Positions 1 through 9,836 of a DNA stretch of 50,543 nt are shown here, piece by piece. Under the pieces are notes generated by a model. The model ran no database searches, was not told where the DNA came from, and worked only from the letters and a program-made list of their open reading frames with translations. The DNA is taken from assembly GCA_037442185.1 (NCBI GenBank), contig JBBIQU010000006.1, forward strand, positions 1-50,543, in the 5' to 3' direction. The first letter of the stretch is position 1. Every line of letters starts with the position of its first letter. Source of the stretch: Chthonomonadales bacterium. Its GTDB lineage: Bacteria; Armatimonadota; Chthonomonadetes; Chthonomonadales; CAJBBX01. Position numbers and translations under genes: made by a program.

Positions 1-631
1 CGACTACCGAGTCAAACACCTGGACGATACGGCGTGCGTGATTGCCTTTTTCGAGGATGCGGGTGGTCAATGCGATTGTTCCTCGTGGCCGGTCGCCGCC
101 GAATAGGGAGACGGTAAGCCTGTCGCTCGTCACATTCGTGACTATAGTGATGGCCTTCGCCCCAGGATTGCGGAAGCGGAGATCGAGCGTATCGAATGCC
201 ACCGCAGCATCCCTTCCGGGCGGCGCATAGGACGGCGCGACTGCATGCCGATGCCGCTCCACGATCGGTAAGCCGGCGAGCAAAGCGGCGTTGTACAGGG
301 CCGTTGATACCTGACACACGCCTCCACCCACTGCCCGAACAAGTACGCCTTCGTAGCTAACGGGGGCCTTCCGATATCCGGCGTCGGCGGTCCAGTTGCC
401 GACGCATCGGTTGAAGGAAAACGTCCGACCTGGCAGGATGGTCGCGTTGTTGATTGCCCGAGACGCCATCATCGCGTTGTGCCGCTGCGAGGAGGTTCGA
501 TGTTCGAGGCCGGTTGTGAAAGCTGCGAGGGGGCTTTCCGGATCGGCATGATGCTGCGGGGCGACGAACAGGGCCACAAGCAAGGCGGAAGCCCCAAGCA
601 TCCCAATGGCAACCGCGGAACGCGACATCAT
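1..631 (-). CDS. VanW-domain protein (3' end cut by window edge)
   Basis: Absent from the supplied ORF track because there is no stop codon inside the window. My reverse-strand translation from the ATG at 631-629 reads MMSRSAVAIGMLGASALLVALFVAPQHH...TFSFNRCVGNWTADAGYRKAPVSYEGVLVRAVGGGVCQVSTALYNAALLAGLPIVERHRHAVAPSYAPPGRDAAVAFDTLDLRFRNPG... and stays open to position 1. The GGGVCQVST.LYNAA...ER..H core is the VanW-domain signature. There is an N-terminal hydrophobic anchor. The start overlaps the upstream A2M stop (ATGA). Confidence 0.75.
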   Translation of the reverse strand, partial: MMSRSAVAIGMLGASALLVALFVAPQHHADPESPLAAFTTGLEHRTSSQRHNAMMASRAINNATILPGRTFSFNRCVGNWTADAGYRKAPVSYEGVLVRAVGGGVCQVSTALYNAALLAGLPIVERHRHAVAPSYAPPGRDAAVAFDTLDLRFRNPGAKAITIVTNVTSDRLTVSLFGGDRPRGTIALTTRILEKGNHARRIVQVFDSVV

Positions 632-3600
632 CGAACGGTAATCTCCTGAGCGGATGTCTCGACGCGCACCTCGGGACTGTACATGCACTCGAGTCTGGCG
701 GGAAGAGCCGTGGTTCGGCCAGGCGACTGCGCTCGCACATGATACTCGAGCACATGCTTGCCTCGTGGAACGCGCCGTGCGAAAAAGACGACCCTGTCGT
801 CGCGCACGTCGGTCGCCGAATACCATTGGTTCCAATCGGCGTCAACATCGCCTCGCGCGCTTGGTTCGACACCCGCAGGCAGAGGGTCAGTCACCATCAC
901 GAACGGCAACTCTCTCTGCGTGTGGATGACAAGCCGACGCCGTAGTACAGTCCCGGCTCGCACCTCGCGCCCGACCGGCGTGAAGTACCGAATCGCTCCA
1001 CGGAACGGAAGCGTCCGTTCCTGAAGGGACTCGAATGTGCGCGTAATCGTTACGTCAGGTTCGGAGGAGATCGCTCGATTCATGGAGCCTTCCGCCTGAG
1101 TGCGAACGAGCACTGAATAGAACGGGGTTCCACCGGCTGTCGGCACGAGGACCAGATCGTTCGTTCCGGGTTTCACGGCGACGTTGGGCAGTCGAATGGT
1201 AGTCTCGCCCGATCGAGCGCGGGCTGATGCTTGTCCCCATACTTGCCTGCCGTTGATCAGCAAGCGGACTCCACCGGCTTGGGGCGACTCGGATGTCTGT
1301 TGCCGTGCATAGGCGCATAGCGCCGCGATCGCAAATGCAGTGTCGCGGGTGCTGCGCCACGCCGCATCAAATCGGTTCAACATCAGGTACCGGACACCAC
1401 GTTCAACAATACCGGCGGATTCGGCTTCTTCAGCCACAGCACGTATGGCAAGGCTGGTTGCGTTCGTTCGGGTCCATTCGTATCCGCGAGCGTCGGTGCG
1501 GCCGGGCCACCACGCCAGGCCGGTATCCCCCTGGCGCTTCGCAAGCAGCGGAGCCAGGAAGCGATCTACGGTTGACTTGCCGACGCCAAGACGACGCGCT
1601 GCCAGCGTTGCGCAAGCCAGGCCGGATGCCGACATTCTGTCGGCGTTCAGTCGGTGGAGGAAGTCTACGCCGACTTCTGCGAGCGCAAAGGCTGAGAATG
1701 CCCTTGCGTCGGCATCGTCGGTACGGTTGGCCAGATTCGTGAGGGCGTTGCGCGCCTCCTCGACCATGCCTCGCGGCAACGCCCGGCCGGAGCGGCGCGT
1801 TTCGGTCAATGCAAGCAAGGCGTAGGACGTCAGCCACAGATCGCCAGGATCGGTCTGGAACCAGCCCCAAGCTCCGTCTTGTTGCTGCATTCTTCTCAGC
1901 CTGGTGATGCCGTCTCGCACAGCTACGTCCAGTTCCGGCTGGAAGGCAGCGCCGAGCGCCACCTTGAGCTCGTTCGCAGTATTGGCGTTCAGGCGTTTGA
2001 GCAGCGTCTCAACGAGCAGCGCGGGATAGAACGCGCTGACGGTCTGCTCGACACAGCCGTAAGGAAACGTCCGCAGATACTCGAGTGCGTCAGGCATTGC
2101 GGCGAGCGGTCCGGGTGCAATGCGCAGGGTGATGGACGCCGCCGTCACATCCTGTGGCGTCACGAACCGATGCACCGTCGGCTTGCCCTGCAGCGCCTGT
2201 CCGGAGAAGACATGCGTGACTTCGCGCGCCAGAGGCCTGACTTCGACCGGCACCTCCACGGCGTCCGTCTGTCGCGGAAGCTCGTTGGTCCACGCGTCAG
2301 CCCTCACCTTGGCGGTCCCCGGTCGTGTCGCGACGGCAAACCAGCCGGCGACTGCGGTGGCTCCCGGAGCGATCTGGACGTTCTGGATGGCCGGACCTTC
2401 AATCGTGAGACCGTCGCTAATCAGCCTGACAGAGGAAGTGCGGGCTGCCTTGGTGCGATTCGAGACTGCGACGTTGAGGCGCACACGGTCGTTCGAGGTC
2501 AGGAACCTCGGCACGTCCACGCGGACATGGAATGGGAGGGTTGTCACGATGTTGCCGGTGGCGTAACCGAACTGCGAGTTCCGGGTGTGGGCGACGGCGG
2601 TGACCCTCCAGGTCGTGAGATTGTCAGGCAATGACGCCCTGACACTCGCTTTCCCGTCGGCGCCGACGAGCACGTGCGGCGCCCAGAAAGGCGCATCTTC
2701 GAAGCGTCTCCTCGCTTCGATGGTTGGCGCTCCTTTGTCGCCGCTGTACAGACGCTCTTCGCACGAGTGCATCGTCGTGACTCGGGTGTAGATCCACGGG
2801 TAGAACGCATCCATGATCGCATCCGGATCGTCTTCCATCAAGCTGTACACGGCTTCGTCTACGACGGCGATCGAGGCCTCGGCACGCGTCGGCCTACCGG
2901 AGTGATCCGTAACGCGAATCGCAACATCGGCTGTCGTACCCGGTCTGCACTCAGCGGAGCCAGGCTTCACCGAGATGCTCAGCTTGCGCGTTGGCACGTC
3001 TACGCGCAGCCGCATTCCCGTGGTTGCCAGGCGCTTTCGGTATACGCATGCCACGTTCACCTCCGCGCGTGGGCCGTACTCGGGCCTTACGGGCACGCGC
3101 ACGATCGTGCTCCGCGACGTCAGTGGCACGGCCCTGATCTCATGCAGCGTCTCGCCTTCGACCGTCAGAAGCGCCGTTGCACCGATCCGATCCGAGTTGA
3201 TCAGCAGTCGGGCCACATCCCCGGCCACGTACCGGCGCTTGTCGCCATGGAGGCTCAAGTCACCGTAGGTTGCGGCAAGATCGCCGCCGCGGTCGGTGAC
3301 GCACCAGAGATAGGTCTGGGCACCAACAGCTCGCCCGTGGGGATCGCGAGCACGGATCTCGGCCTTGAGTTCACCGGTGAACCGTGATGTGTATGTGAGG
3401 TACGCTCGACCCAGTCGGTCAGTCGTTCCTTTGACAGTGCCGATGGGAACTGACTTGACGGCTGAACCGACCGACTGTTGCCTGACGATCTGCAGCGTCA
3501 CAGGAAGTCCGGCCACAGGAGCCCCTGCCAGATCGGTTGCCCTGACGATGAATCCGGCGGGCTTGTTAGGGGCGAGAACATAGCCGTCAGGCCTCAGAAA

Positions 3601-5421
3601 CAGGCGCACGGACCCCGGAAAGACTCGAGCCTCCGTGCTCATTTCGACCGATCGGCCGGTGGCGTCGCTGACTTCAATGGACACGGTCAGGCTATGGCCC
3701 TGAGGACCATCGGGACCGCCGGCCACGCTGGACGGCAATCTGAGCAGCGCTCGGCCGGCGGCGTCTAGAGTGGCCGTCGCCGATACATCAACCATGCCGT
3801 AGTCCGGAGGCTCAATCCATTGCGGCGTCTCGTATTCCTCCTCGTCTCCCGAGGCGCCCTCCCAATCCCAAAGCGGCGACCATGATGTTGAGTACCGGAT
3901 CGTAGCTCCCGCCAGGGGCGCCCCATAGTAGTATTCGGCCAACACCTCCACCTCGATGGTCTCGCCGGCGACGTATGCTGACCTCCGTGGACGGGCCTCC
4001 AGCCGAAACTCCGGCTTCCTGTACGATGCAACCGTGAAGTCGTATGCCTCCGTGGCGCCACCCGCTGCGACGAAGATCGTGCAGGACCCGCTCGGCGTCT
4101 CCGGGCTGAGCGTCAAGCTGCCCGAAAACGAACCGTACTGACCGGTAACGAAGATTCGCTCCGTGAGGATCACGCCTTCCGGGTCCTCGGCTTGGACTTT
4201 GACGGGCATTGCCGATGGCACCGCATACTGTGGGCCGGGACCGGAAACCTTTCGGACTATGCCCTTGAACCGCACTTGCTGACCCGGACGATAGATCGGG
4301 CGTTCCGTGTAGACAAACACCTTCGTGCGCTCCGACGTGGGCCAGGCATCGTAGCCAAACGCAATGGCATAGTTTCCGCCGCGTTCTGCAAGTGCACACG
4401 ACCAGCGGTCGCCGAAACCGCTTGGAGGCCGATCCGTACCTGAGTCCAGCCGAGCCAACCCGGTGTCATCCGCAACTCCGGCCGCAGCCAATCGCCCAGC
4501 GTTGTAGAGATGGACCCTCGCTCCCGGCACCGGCTTACCTGACCGCAGTTCTGCGACGAAGGCATGGGCTCGCGGACCGACCTTCTTGACCACCACCGCC
4601 AGATCGGTAACCGTGATCACGGCATACGCGCGCGACTTGGCGTATTGAGATGACACGTAGTAGACGCCCGGACCCAGTCCCCCGAGGACTATCCGCTGTT
4701 CAAAGTGTCCTTCAACGTCGGCCTTGTCGGTGGACACACGGAAGCTGCGCACAAGCGCCGACCGGGCAGTCAGTTGAGATGGTATCTCCGCGGGTGGCGA
4801 CCAGGTGTCGTACACCTTACGGAAGGCCGCCAGCCCGTCAGGCTCCGCCATGAGATCCGGCATGTCGAGCCGCCTAAGCTCGACGTGGGGCGGCTGAACG
4901 TGGGGCTCGACGTAGCCTGCAAGGGTGACGTATGGCGTTTCGCTCGGCAAGTATGCTCGTGTCGGCGACGAACACGTTAAGGGTTCAAGCGTTCTGTTCA
5001 GGCGCAACGCTACCGGCGTAGCGATGGCCTCCTCCACCTCAATGCGCGGCACCGAGAGACCGTGCGCCGGCGAGTGTGCCGTCAAGGCGTAGCCGCCCGC
5101 GGGTACCGCATTGATCTCAAACCGCCCGTCGCGATCGGTCCGCGCCCAACAGCTTCGCGTCCATTCGGTATCACCGATCGGAGATAGCGAGACCCTTGCG
5201 CCCGGCAACGGTCGTAGGTCCTGGGTGTATACCCGACCCGTTACCCGGCCTAGCGGCGGCTCGGTCAAGGCGGACAATGACATCATTCCGGCCAGCGCGA
5301 AGATGGCGAACACCACTGTGGCGAAATGACCGACGGACGTTGTAGAGGCCGGACGGGCCTGATCCGCTTTCACATTGGGGAGGCCGTCCTCATGTGACGC
5401 GGCCATTGGCTTCGTTTCCAT
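628..5421 (-). CDS. bacterial alpha-2-macroglobulin family protein with thioester motif
   Basis: 1597-aa ORF. It carries the thioester motif FPYGCVEQTVSAFYP, with CVEQ encoded at 2044-2055. The body is long and beta-rich, like MG domains. The N-terminal hydrophobic anchor VVFAIFALAGMMSLSAL has no lipobox Cys. It is followed by a carboxypeptidase-regulatory-like segment (GRVTGRVYT...DGRFEINAVPAGGYAL). Confidence 0.9.
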   Translation of the reverse strand: METKPMAASHEDGLPNVKADQARPASTTSVGHFATVVFAIFALAGMMSLSALTEPPLGRVTGRVYTQDLRPLPGARVSLSPIGDTEWTRSCWARTDRDGRFEINAVPAGGYALTAHSPAHGLSVPRIEVEEAIATPVALRLNRTLEPLTCSSPTRAYLPSETPYVTLAGYVEPHVQPPHVELRRLDMPDLMAEPDGLAAFRKVYDTWSPPAEIPSQLTARSALVRSFRVSTDKADVEGHFEQRIVLGGLGPGVYYVSSQYAKSRAYAVITVTDLAVVVKKVGPRAHAFVAELRSGKPVPGARVHLYNAGRLAAAGVADDTGLARLDSGTDRPPSGFGDRWSCALAERGGNYAIAFGYDAWPTSERTKVFVYTERPIYRPGQQVRFKGIVRKVSGPGPQYAVPSAMPVKVQAEDPEGVILTERIFVTGQYGSFSGSLTLSPETPSGSCTIFVAAGGATEAYDFTVASYRKPEFRLEARPRRSAYVAGETIEVEVLAEYYYGAPLAGATIRYSTSWSPLWDWEGASGDEEEYETPQWIEPPDYGMVDVSATATLDAAGRALLRLPSSVAGGPDGPQGHSLTVSIEVSDATGRSVEMSTEARVFPGSVRLFLRPDGYVLAPNKPAGFIVRATDLAGAPVAGLPVTLQIVRQQSVGSAVKSVPIGTVKGTTDRLGRAYLTYTSRFTGELKAEIRARDPHGRAVGAQTYLWCVTDRGGDLAATYGDLSLHGDKRRYVAGDVARLLINSDRIGATALLTVEGETLHEIRAVPLTSRSTIVRVPVRPEYGPRAEVNVACVYRKRLATTGMRLRVDVPTRKLSISVKPGSAECRPGTTADVAIRVTDHSGRPTRAEASIAVVDEAVYSLMEDDPDAIMDAFYPWIYTRVTTMHSCEERLYSGDKGAPTIEARRRFEDAPFWAPHVLVGADGKASVRASLPDNLTTWRVTAVAHTRNSQFGYATGNIVTTLPFHVRVDVPRFLTSNDRVRLNVAVSNRTKAARTSSVRLISDGLTIEGPAIQNVQIAPGATAVAGWFAVATRPGTAKVRADAWTNELPRQTDAVEVPVEVRPLAREVTHVFSGQALQGKPTVHRFVTPQDVTAASITLRIAPGPLAAMPDALEYLRTFPYGCVEQTVSAFYPALLVETLLKRLNANTANELKVALGAAFQPELDVAVRDGITRLRRMQQQDGAWGWFQTDPGDLWLTSYALLALTETRRSGRALPRGMVEEARNALTNLANRTDDADARAFSAFALAEVGVDFLHRLNADRMSASGLACATLAARRLGVGKSTVDRFLAPLLAKRQGDTGLAWWPGRTDARGYEWTRTNATSLAIRAVAEEAESAGIVERGVRYLMLNRFDAAWRSTRDTAFAIAALCAYARQQTSESPQAGGVRLLINGRQVWGQASARARSGETTIRLPNVAVKPGTNDLVLVPTAGGTPFYSVLVRTQAEGSMNRAISSEPDVTITRTFESLQERTLPFRGAIRYFTPVGREVRAGTVLRRRLVIHTQRELPFVMVTDPLPAGVEPSARGDVDADWNQWYSATDVRDDRVVFFARRVPRGKHVLEYHVRAQSPGRTTALPARLECMYSPEVRVETSAQEITVR

Positions 5422-6918
5422 CTATGCGCGCCGAAGCCTCCGAGTTCTCACGAACTCGGAAACGGCAAGGAGGACGATACATGCGCCACCGATCAGTGCG
5501 ATCAGCTTGGCCCGGTCCAGACGAGTGAGGGTGCTGTATGCTGCGCCGAAGTCCGTGAACTGCAAGAGGGAGAAGATGCCTGCCAGGCCGATGAGCCATG
5601 CTGAGGATCGTCCATTGCCGTTCTCGTCTGACCTGGCCCACAGACCCGCAAGCCCGAGGCCGATCAGGGCGGGGTAGACCGACTTGGGTCCCCACGTAGC
5701 CACCATGACCACGGGCCAGAGGACAGATCCCAACGCGACCATCGGGCGGCGAAGCGAGGCTGACGCGGCAGCCCATCGTGCCAGCACAACCGGGATGAAC
5801 ACGCCAAACAACAGCATTACTATGGCATAGTGATCCGACAGGGTGAATGGGCGGGTCAGCGAGGAATACCGCTCGATGGCAACACGTGACGCGGCGATGG
5901 CCAGTAAGAGGGCCATGGGCTCGACCAATCCGTCGCGAGTGTCAGCCGAACCATCGCGAGTGGAGCGCGCGACAGAAACCACAATGCCGAGAAGCGCGAT
6001 GGCGGCAAGGCCTGTGATGGCCAGTCCCAGGCCTGCGAGCAGCTGAAACGCCGGAAGGGCCGCACCGGCCGACACGAGAGCCGACAGGGGCACGCAGACC
6101 GATGGCGGATGGCCGGCCGAAGCAAGCGAGGCGATCACGGTCGCGGCGGCCAGGCCCAGCAACGCGCACCAGAAGACGCCCTCAGGGAACTGCGTGGCGG
6201 ACACCAATGGCGCGATCCGCATGGAGACTGCCCATGAGGATAGCCCAACGATCAGGGCCGCAGATGCGCAGGAGACCACCAGCGAACCGTCCGTCCTGAC
6301 CCGCAGGATAGCAGCGGCAACGAGCGTGGCGACGCATACAGACGCTCCCGTAACGAGCGATGATGCCGCCCAGACGCGGGCCTGCACCGGAGTGGCTCCT
6401 CGGTACGCGGACAGCGCACAAGCCACCGCCAGAAAGCCGACAAACAGCGTCGCGATGGCGAAGGCGTCGGCGGCTGGACGAGAGACGCCATCGCTTCTCG
6501 AGAACCCCGGGACTTGGGCTGTCGTGATCCACCCCAACATTAGCCCGATGATCGCGTCTATGCGGGTCTGCCATAGCGTAACGAGAACCACGGCCACTGC
6601 GGCGACCCCTGCTGCCATTGCGCCCGCAGCGGCAAGCGCCGAGCGCGCTGAGTCCGCCGCATCACGGCGGGCTGCCGCTGCGTTCATCGCGAGTACCGCG
6701 CCGACCGCTCCAAGAGCGAATCCCCATCCGAGCCCCTGATCGGCATGCCACGGAGGACGCTCCGGCAGCGTCAATGCCAGACCGCCGCCGCCAACCAACA
6801 GCCCCAGGCACGAGTTTCGGAAGTTGAGCGCAGCGGAATCGGGCCTAACCAGCGCGATAACGGCGATGGCAATACCGAGCGCCGCAACCCCGGCGATCCA
6901 GATGAGAGCGGTTTCCAT
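5422..6918 (-). CDS. polytopic integral membrane protein, function unknown
   Basis: 498-aa ORF made almost entirely of Ala/Gly/Leu/Val-rich hydrophobic segments, roughly a dozen or more by eye. Its TAG stop (5424-5422) directly abuts the A2M ATG (5421-5419). I recognised no catalytic motif. Confidence 0.65.
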   Translation of the reverse strand: METALIWIAGVAALGIAIAVIALVRPDSAALNFRNSCLGLLVGGGGLALTLPERPPWHADQGLGWGFALGAVGAVLAMNAAAARRDAADSARSALAAAGAMAAGVAAVAVVLVTLWQTRIDAIIGLMLGWITTAQVPGFSRSDGVSRPAADAFAIATLFVGFLAVACALSAYRGATPVQARVWAASSLVTGASVCVATLVAAAILRVRTDGSLVVSCASAALIVGLSSWAVSMRIAPLVSATQFPEGVFWCALLGLAAATVIASLASAGHPPSVCVPLSALVSAGAALPAFQLLAGLGLAITGLAAIALLGIVVSVARSTRDGSADTRDGLVEPMALLLAIAASRVAIERYSSLTRPFTLSDHYAIVMLLFGVFIPVVLARWAAASASLRRPMVALGSVLWPVVMVATWGPKSVYPALIGLGLAGLWARSDENGNGRSSAWLIGLAGIFSLLQFTDFGAAYSTLTRLDRAKLIALIGGACIVLLAVSEFVRTRRLRRA

Positions 6919-6994
6919 TCGATCCCCTCAATGTGCGCCAGATAGGGCGCTTGACAGTAACGTATCAGATAGTCAGGCTTCCGTCAAGCGCATG

Positions 6995-7023
6995 TTGTCA
7001 TTGGGCGGGCGACTCGGTATGAT
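6995..7023 (+). promoter_or_regulatory. candidate sigma70-type promoter for the R3H/AAA ATPase operon
   Basis: TTGTCA (6995-7000), 17-nt spacer, TATGAT (7018-7023), about 30 nt upstream of the ATG at 7056. It lies in the divergent intergenic region. Confidence 0.35.
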
Positions 7024-7055
7024 GAGATCGGACGCGGCGGCGGCGTCCAGATGGT

Positions 7056-8720
7056 ATGGACGAATGGTCGACCGTTGGCCGCTTCGGAGGCAATCACTTG
7101 AAACAGCAACGCATCACGGATAATCTGGGGCAGCTGCTCGAGGTCCTGCCGCCTGCAGTCAGGGATCCGTTGGAACGAATAACGCCGCTCGACGATCTAC
7201 TTGAGATCGTGATGGACCTGGGGCGCGTCGGCGAGGCGCGGTTTCCGGGCCGAGTGGTCGAACTGGGCGAAAGCCCGGTCGGGGACTATGAGCTTCAGTA
7301 CGTCGTCGAACGGATAGGGGCGTTCGGCAAGGACAATCGCGCGGGGATAGAGCGCACCCTGCACAGGATATCCGCCATAAGGAACCGGACTGGCAAGATC
7401 GTGGGTCTGACATGCCGGATTGGACGCGCTGTCTACGGGACCATTGACATCATTCAGGACGTGGTGCAAAGCGGCAAGAGCATCCTCATGCTGGGCCGGC
7501 CGGGCATGGGCAAGACAACCAAGCTTCGCGAGATGGCACGCGTGTTGTCGCTTGAGGCTCGGAAGCGGGTTGTTATAGTTGATACCTCCAACGAGATAGC
7601 GGGGGACGGCGACATTCCGCACCCGGCCATTGGTCTGGCGCGTCGGATGCAGGTTGCTGAGCCCGCCCTTCAGCATGCGGTGATGATCGAGGCAGTGGAG
7701 AACCATATGCCTGAGGTCGTCGTCATTGACGAGATCGGAGTTGAGGCTGAGGCGTTTGCGGCGCGAACAATCGCAGAGCGGGGCGTCCAGCTTATCGGCA
7801 CAGCTCACGGTAACAGCCTTGAGAACCTGCTTATGAACCCGACCCTGTGCGATCTGATCGGCGGCATTCAGGCGGTCACCCTTTCGGACGATGAGGCAAG
7901 ACGGCGCGGGACACAGAAGACGGTTCTCGAGCGCAAGGCGCCTCCGACCTTCGATGTCGTCATTGAGATCATGGATGTGGACAAGCTCGCAATACACCAT
8001 GATGTCGGGGATACGGTTGATCGTATGCTCAGCGGCCAGAAGGCAAGACCGGAGATCCGTATCCGGAATGCCTACGGTGACATCGAGGTGGTGCAACGTG
8101 ATGCAGGAACGCTGGCCGGCGCGACGATCGGTGAGGGGCGCCAACGAGAGGCTGACTTCGAGGCCGAAATGGGTGATACGGCCTATGGTCTCGATGACAT
8201 CCCCGACGAATCGAACACACGGATGCGCGGCAAGCTGAAGCCACCCAAACGGTCTGCCCGCACGCTTCGCGTCTTCCCGTACGGCGTCAATCGGAGTCGG
8301 CTGGATCGTGCCATCCTCGAGGGAGGACATCCTGCGATCGTGACGCGAGACATTCAGGATGCGGATATTGTCATAGCTTTGAAAGCGAGCTATCGGCGCG
8401 AGCCCGTCAAGATGCGCGAGGGCGCAGCACAAAACTTGCCGACGTATGTGGTCAAGAGCAATACCTACTCGCAGATTGCGAATGCCATGCGTGACGCCTT
8501 CGCCTCGGATGTATTCGATCGAGGCGGCACGCAGAACGCCCTGCGCGAGGCGGAGGAGGGCGCGCGGCATGTGAAGGAGACCGGTGAGCCCGTTGAGCTT
8601 AGGCCGCAGAACTCCTACGTGCGACGCCTTCAGCACCAGATCATCGAACGCCTTGAGCTCCTATCGGAGAGTGTCGGAACTGAGCCCCGGCGTCGCGTGA
8701 GGATCCTGGCGGATACATGA
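7056..8720 (+). CDS. R3H domain-containing AAA/P-loop ATPase (SpoIIIAA/Ycf45-like)
   Basis: Walker A LMLGRPGMGKTT and Walker B VVVIDEIG are present. The TAHGNSLENLL segment is typical of the SpoIIIAA/Ycf45 family. The C-terminal R3H-like segment reads RPQNSYVRRLQHQIIERLELLSESVGTEPRRRVRI. The exact start is uncertain. Confidence 0.85.
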   Translation: MDEWSTVGRFGGNHLKQQRITDNLGQLLEVLPPAVRDPLERITPLDDLLEIVMDLGRVGEARFPGRVVELGESPVGDYELQYVVERIGAFGKDNRAGIERTLHRISAIRNRTGKIVGLTCRIGRAVYGTIDIIQDVVQSGKSILMLGRPGMGKTTKLREMARVLSLEARKRVVIVDTSNEIAGDGDIPHPAIGLARRMQVAEPALQHAVMIEAVENHMPEVVVIDEIGVEAEAFAARTIAERGVQLIGTAHGNSLENLLMNPTLCDLIGGIQAVTLSDDEARRRGTQKTVLERKAPPTFDVVIEIMDVDKLAIHHDVGDTVDRMLSGQKARPEIRIRNAYGDIEVVQRDAGTLAGATIGEGRQREADFEAEMGDTAYGLDDIPDESNTRMRGKLKPPKRSARTLRVFPYGVNRSRLDRAILEGGHPAIVTRDIQDADIVIALKASYRREPVKMREGAAQNLPTYVVKSNTYSQIANAMRDAFASDVFDRGGTQNALREAEEGARHVKETGEPVELRPQNSYVRRLQHQIIERLELLSESVGTEPRRRVRILADT

Positions 8721-9373
8721 ATGCTCTGAGTACGGGTACCGAGGTGACCGCTTCCGGGCATGGGTTGTTCGTTACGTTCGAGGGCATAGAAGGCGCCGGC
8801 AAGACCACGCAGGCAAAGCTCCTCACAGACGCCCTTGCCGCGCGGGGCCTCCCGGTCGAACTCGTTCGGGAGCCCGGCGCGACCCCCTTGGGGGAAGCGA
8901 TCAGGCGGCTCTTGCTGGATCCGCAGGCGGTGATCTGTCCGGCGGCCGAAACACTGCTGTTCCTCGCGGCGCGCGCACAGAACGTCGCCGATCGCATCTG
9001 GCCGGCTCTGGAGCAAGGGGCAACCGTAGTGTGTGACAGGTTCTCGGACTCAACGCTGGCGTACCAGGGCTATGCTCGAAACGTGAGTATCGAGGCTATC
9101 CGGACGCTCACTGAGTTCAGCACTGGCGGACTTTGGCCCGACCTCACAATCCTGCTCGACGTAGACGTGAATGTGGGGCTGACCCGACAGCAGGAGCGCA
9201 ACCGGATGGAGGATGAGCCGGTCGCTTTTCACGAAATGGTCAGGTTGGGGTACCTTCAGGAAGCACAGAGGGAACCCAGCAGGTTCGCAGTCCTCGACGC
9301 GAGTCAGGACAGCCAGACGTTGCATTCGCGGATCCTGGACATCGTGCTGAAGAGGATCGGCGGCAAGACGTGA
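8717..9373 (+). CDS. tmk: thymidylate kinase
   Basis: FVTFEGIEGAGKTTQAKLL P-loop, DRFSDSTLAYQG and an overall Tmk-like layout. The ATGA start overlaps the upstream stop. Confidence 0.95.
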   Translation: MNALSTGTEVTASGHGLFVTFEGIEGAGKTTQAKLLTDALAARGLPVELVREPGATPLGEAIRRLLLDPQAVICPAAETLLFLAARAQNVADRIWPALEQGATVVCDRFSDSTLAYQGYARNVSIEAIRTLTEFSTGGLWPDLTILLDVDVNVGLTRQQERNRMEDEPVAFHEMVRLGYLQEAQREPSRFAVLDASQDSQTLHSRILDIVLKRIGGKT

Positions 9374-9464
9374 GCGCGGCTCGGGTCCGATCTAAGTGGT
9401 TGGGACGCAACGGCCAGATCCGCCGGTCCCCAGGTGCGGCACCGAAGGCAAGGAGAGGTCAACC

Positions 9465-9794
9465 ATGAAGCTCGTACTGACGGTCGTTCATGATCGTGAC
9501 AAGAACAAGATCACGGAGACGCTGCTCCGCAATGGCTTCAAGTTCACCAAGATCGGCAGTACCGGCGGGTTCCTGCGCGAGGGAAACGTCACGTTCCTGA
9601 TCGGCGTGGAGGAGACGGAGCTGGACAAGGTGCTGAGCGTGATCGGCGAGAGCTGCAAGACGCGCGAGCAGTTCGTTAACGTGCTTCCGCCTGATGCGGC
9701 GCCGGTCGGGGCTTTCATGCCGTCGCCTGTGAAGGTGCTGGTCGGCGGCGCGGTGGCTTTCGTGATGGATGTCGAGCGCTTTGAACGATTCTAG
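9465..9794 (+). CDS. darA: cyclic-di-AMP receptor protein (PII-like, YaaQ/DarA/DUF970)
   Basis: MKLVLTVVHDRDKNKITETLLRNGFKFTKIGSTGGFLREGNVTFLIGVEE is the typical YaaQ/DarA sequence. The ATG at 9465 is preceded by AGGAGAGG. The longer ORF-track start at 9396 has no comparable support. The position right after tmk matches the conserved tmk-yaaQ synteny. Confidence 0.85.
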   Translation: MKLVLTVVHDRDKNKITETLLRNGFKFTKIGSTGGFLREGNVTFLIGVEETELDKVLSVIGESCKTREQFVNVLPPDAAPVGAFMPSPVKVLVGGAVAFVMDVERFERF

Positions 9795-9836
9795 ACGCTG
9801 CGCTCCCGCCAGGTCCGAGCGCGAGGGTCTGCGCGC

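Noticed and set aside
357-872. 171-aa minus-strand ORF spanning the A2M 3' end and the VanW start
   Set aside because: It is out of frame with both well-supported genes. The VanW frame starting at 631 explains this region.
7197-8636. 479-aa ORF antisense to the R3H/AAA ATPase gene
   Set aside because: It has no recognisable motif and an Arg/Ala/Pro/Leu-rich composition typical of shadow ORFs opposite real genes in GC-rich DNA. The sense-strand gene has unambiguous Walker and R3H motifs.
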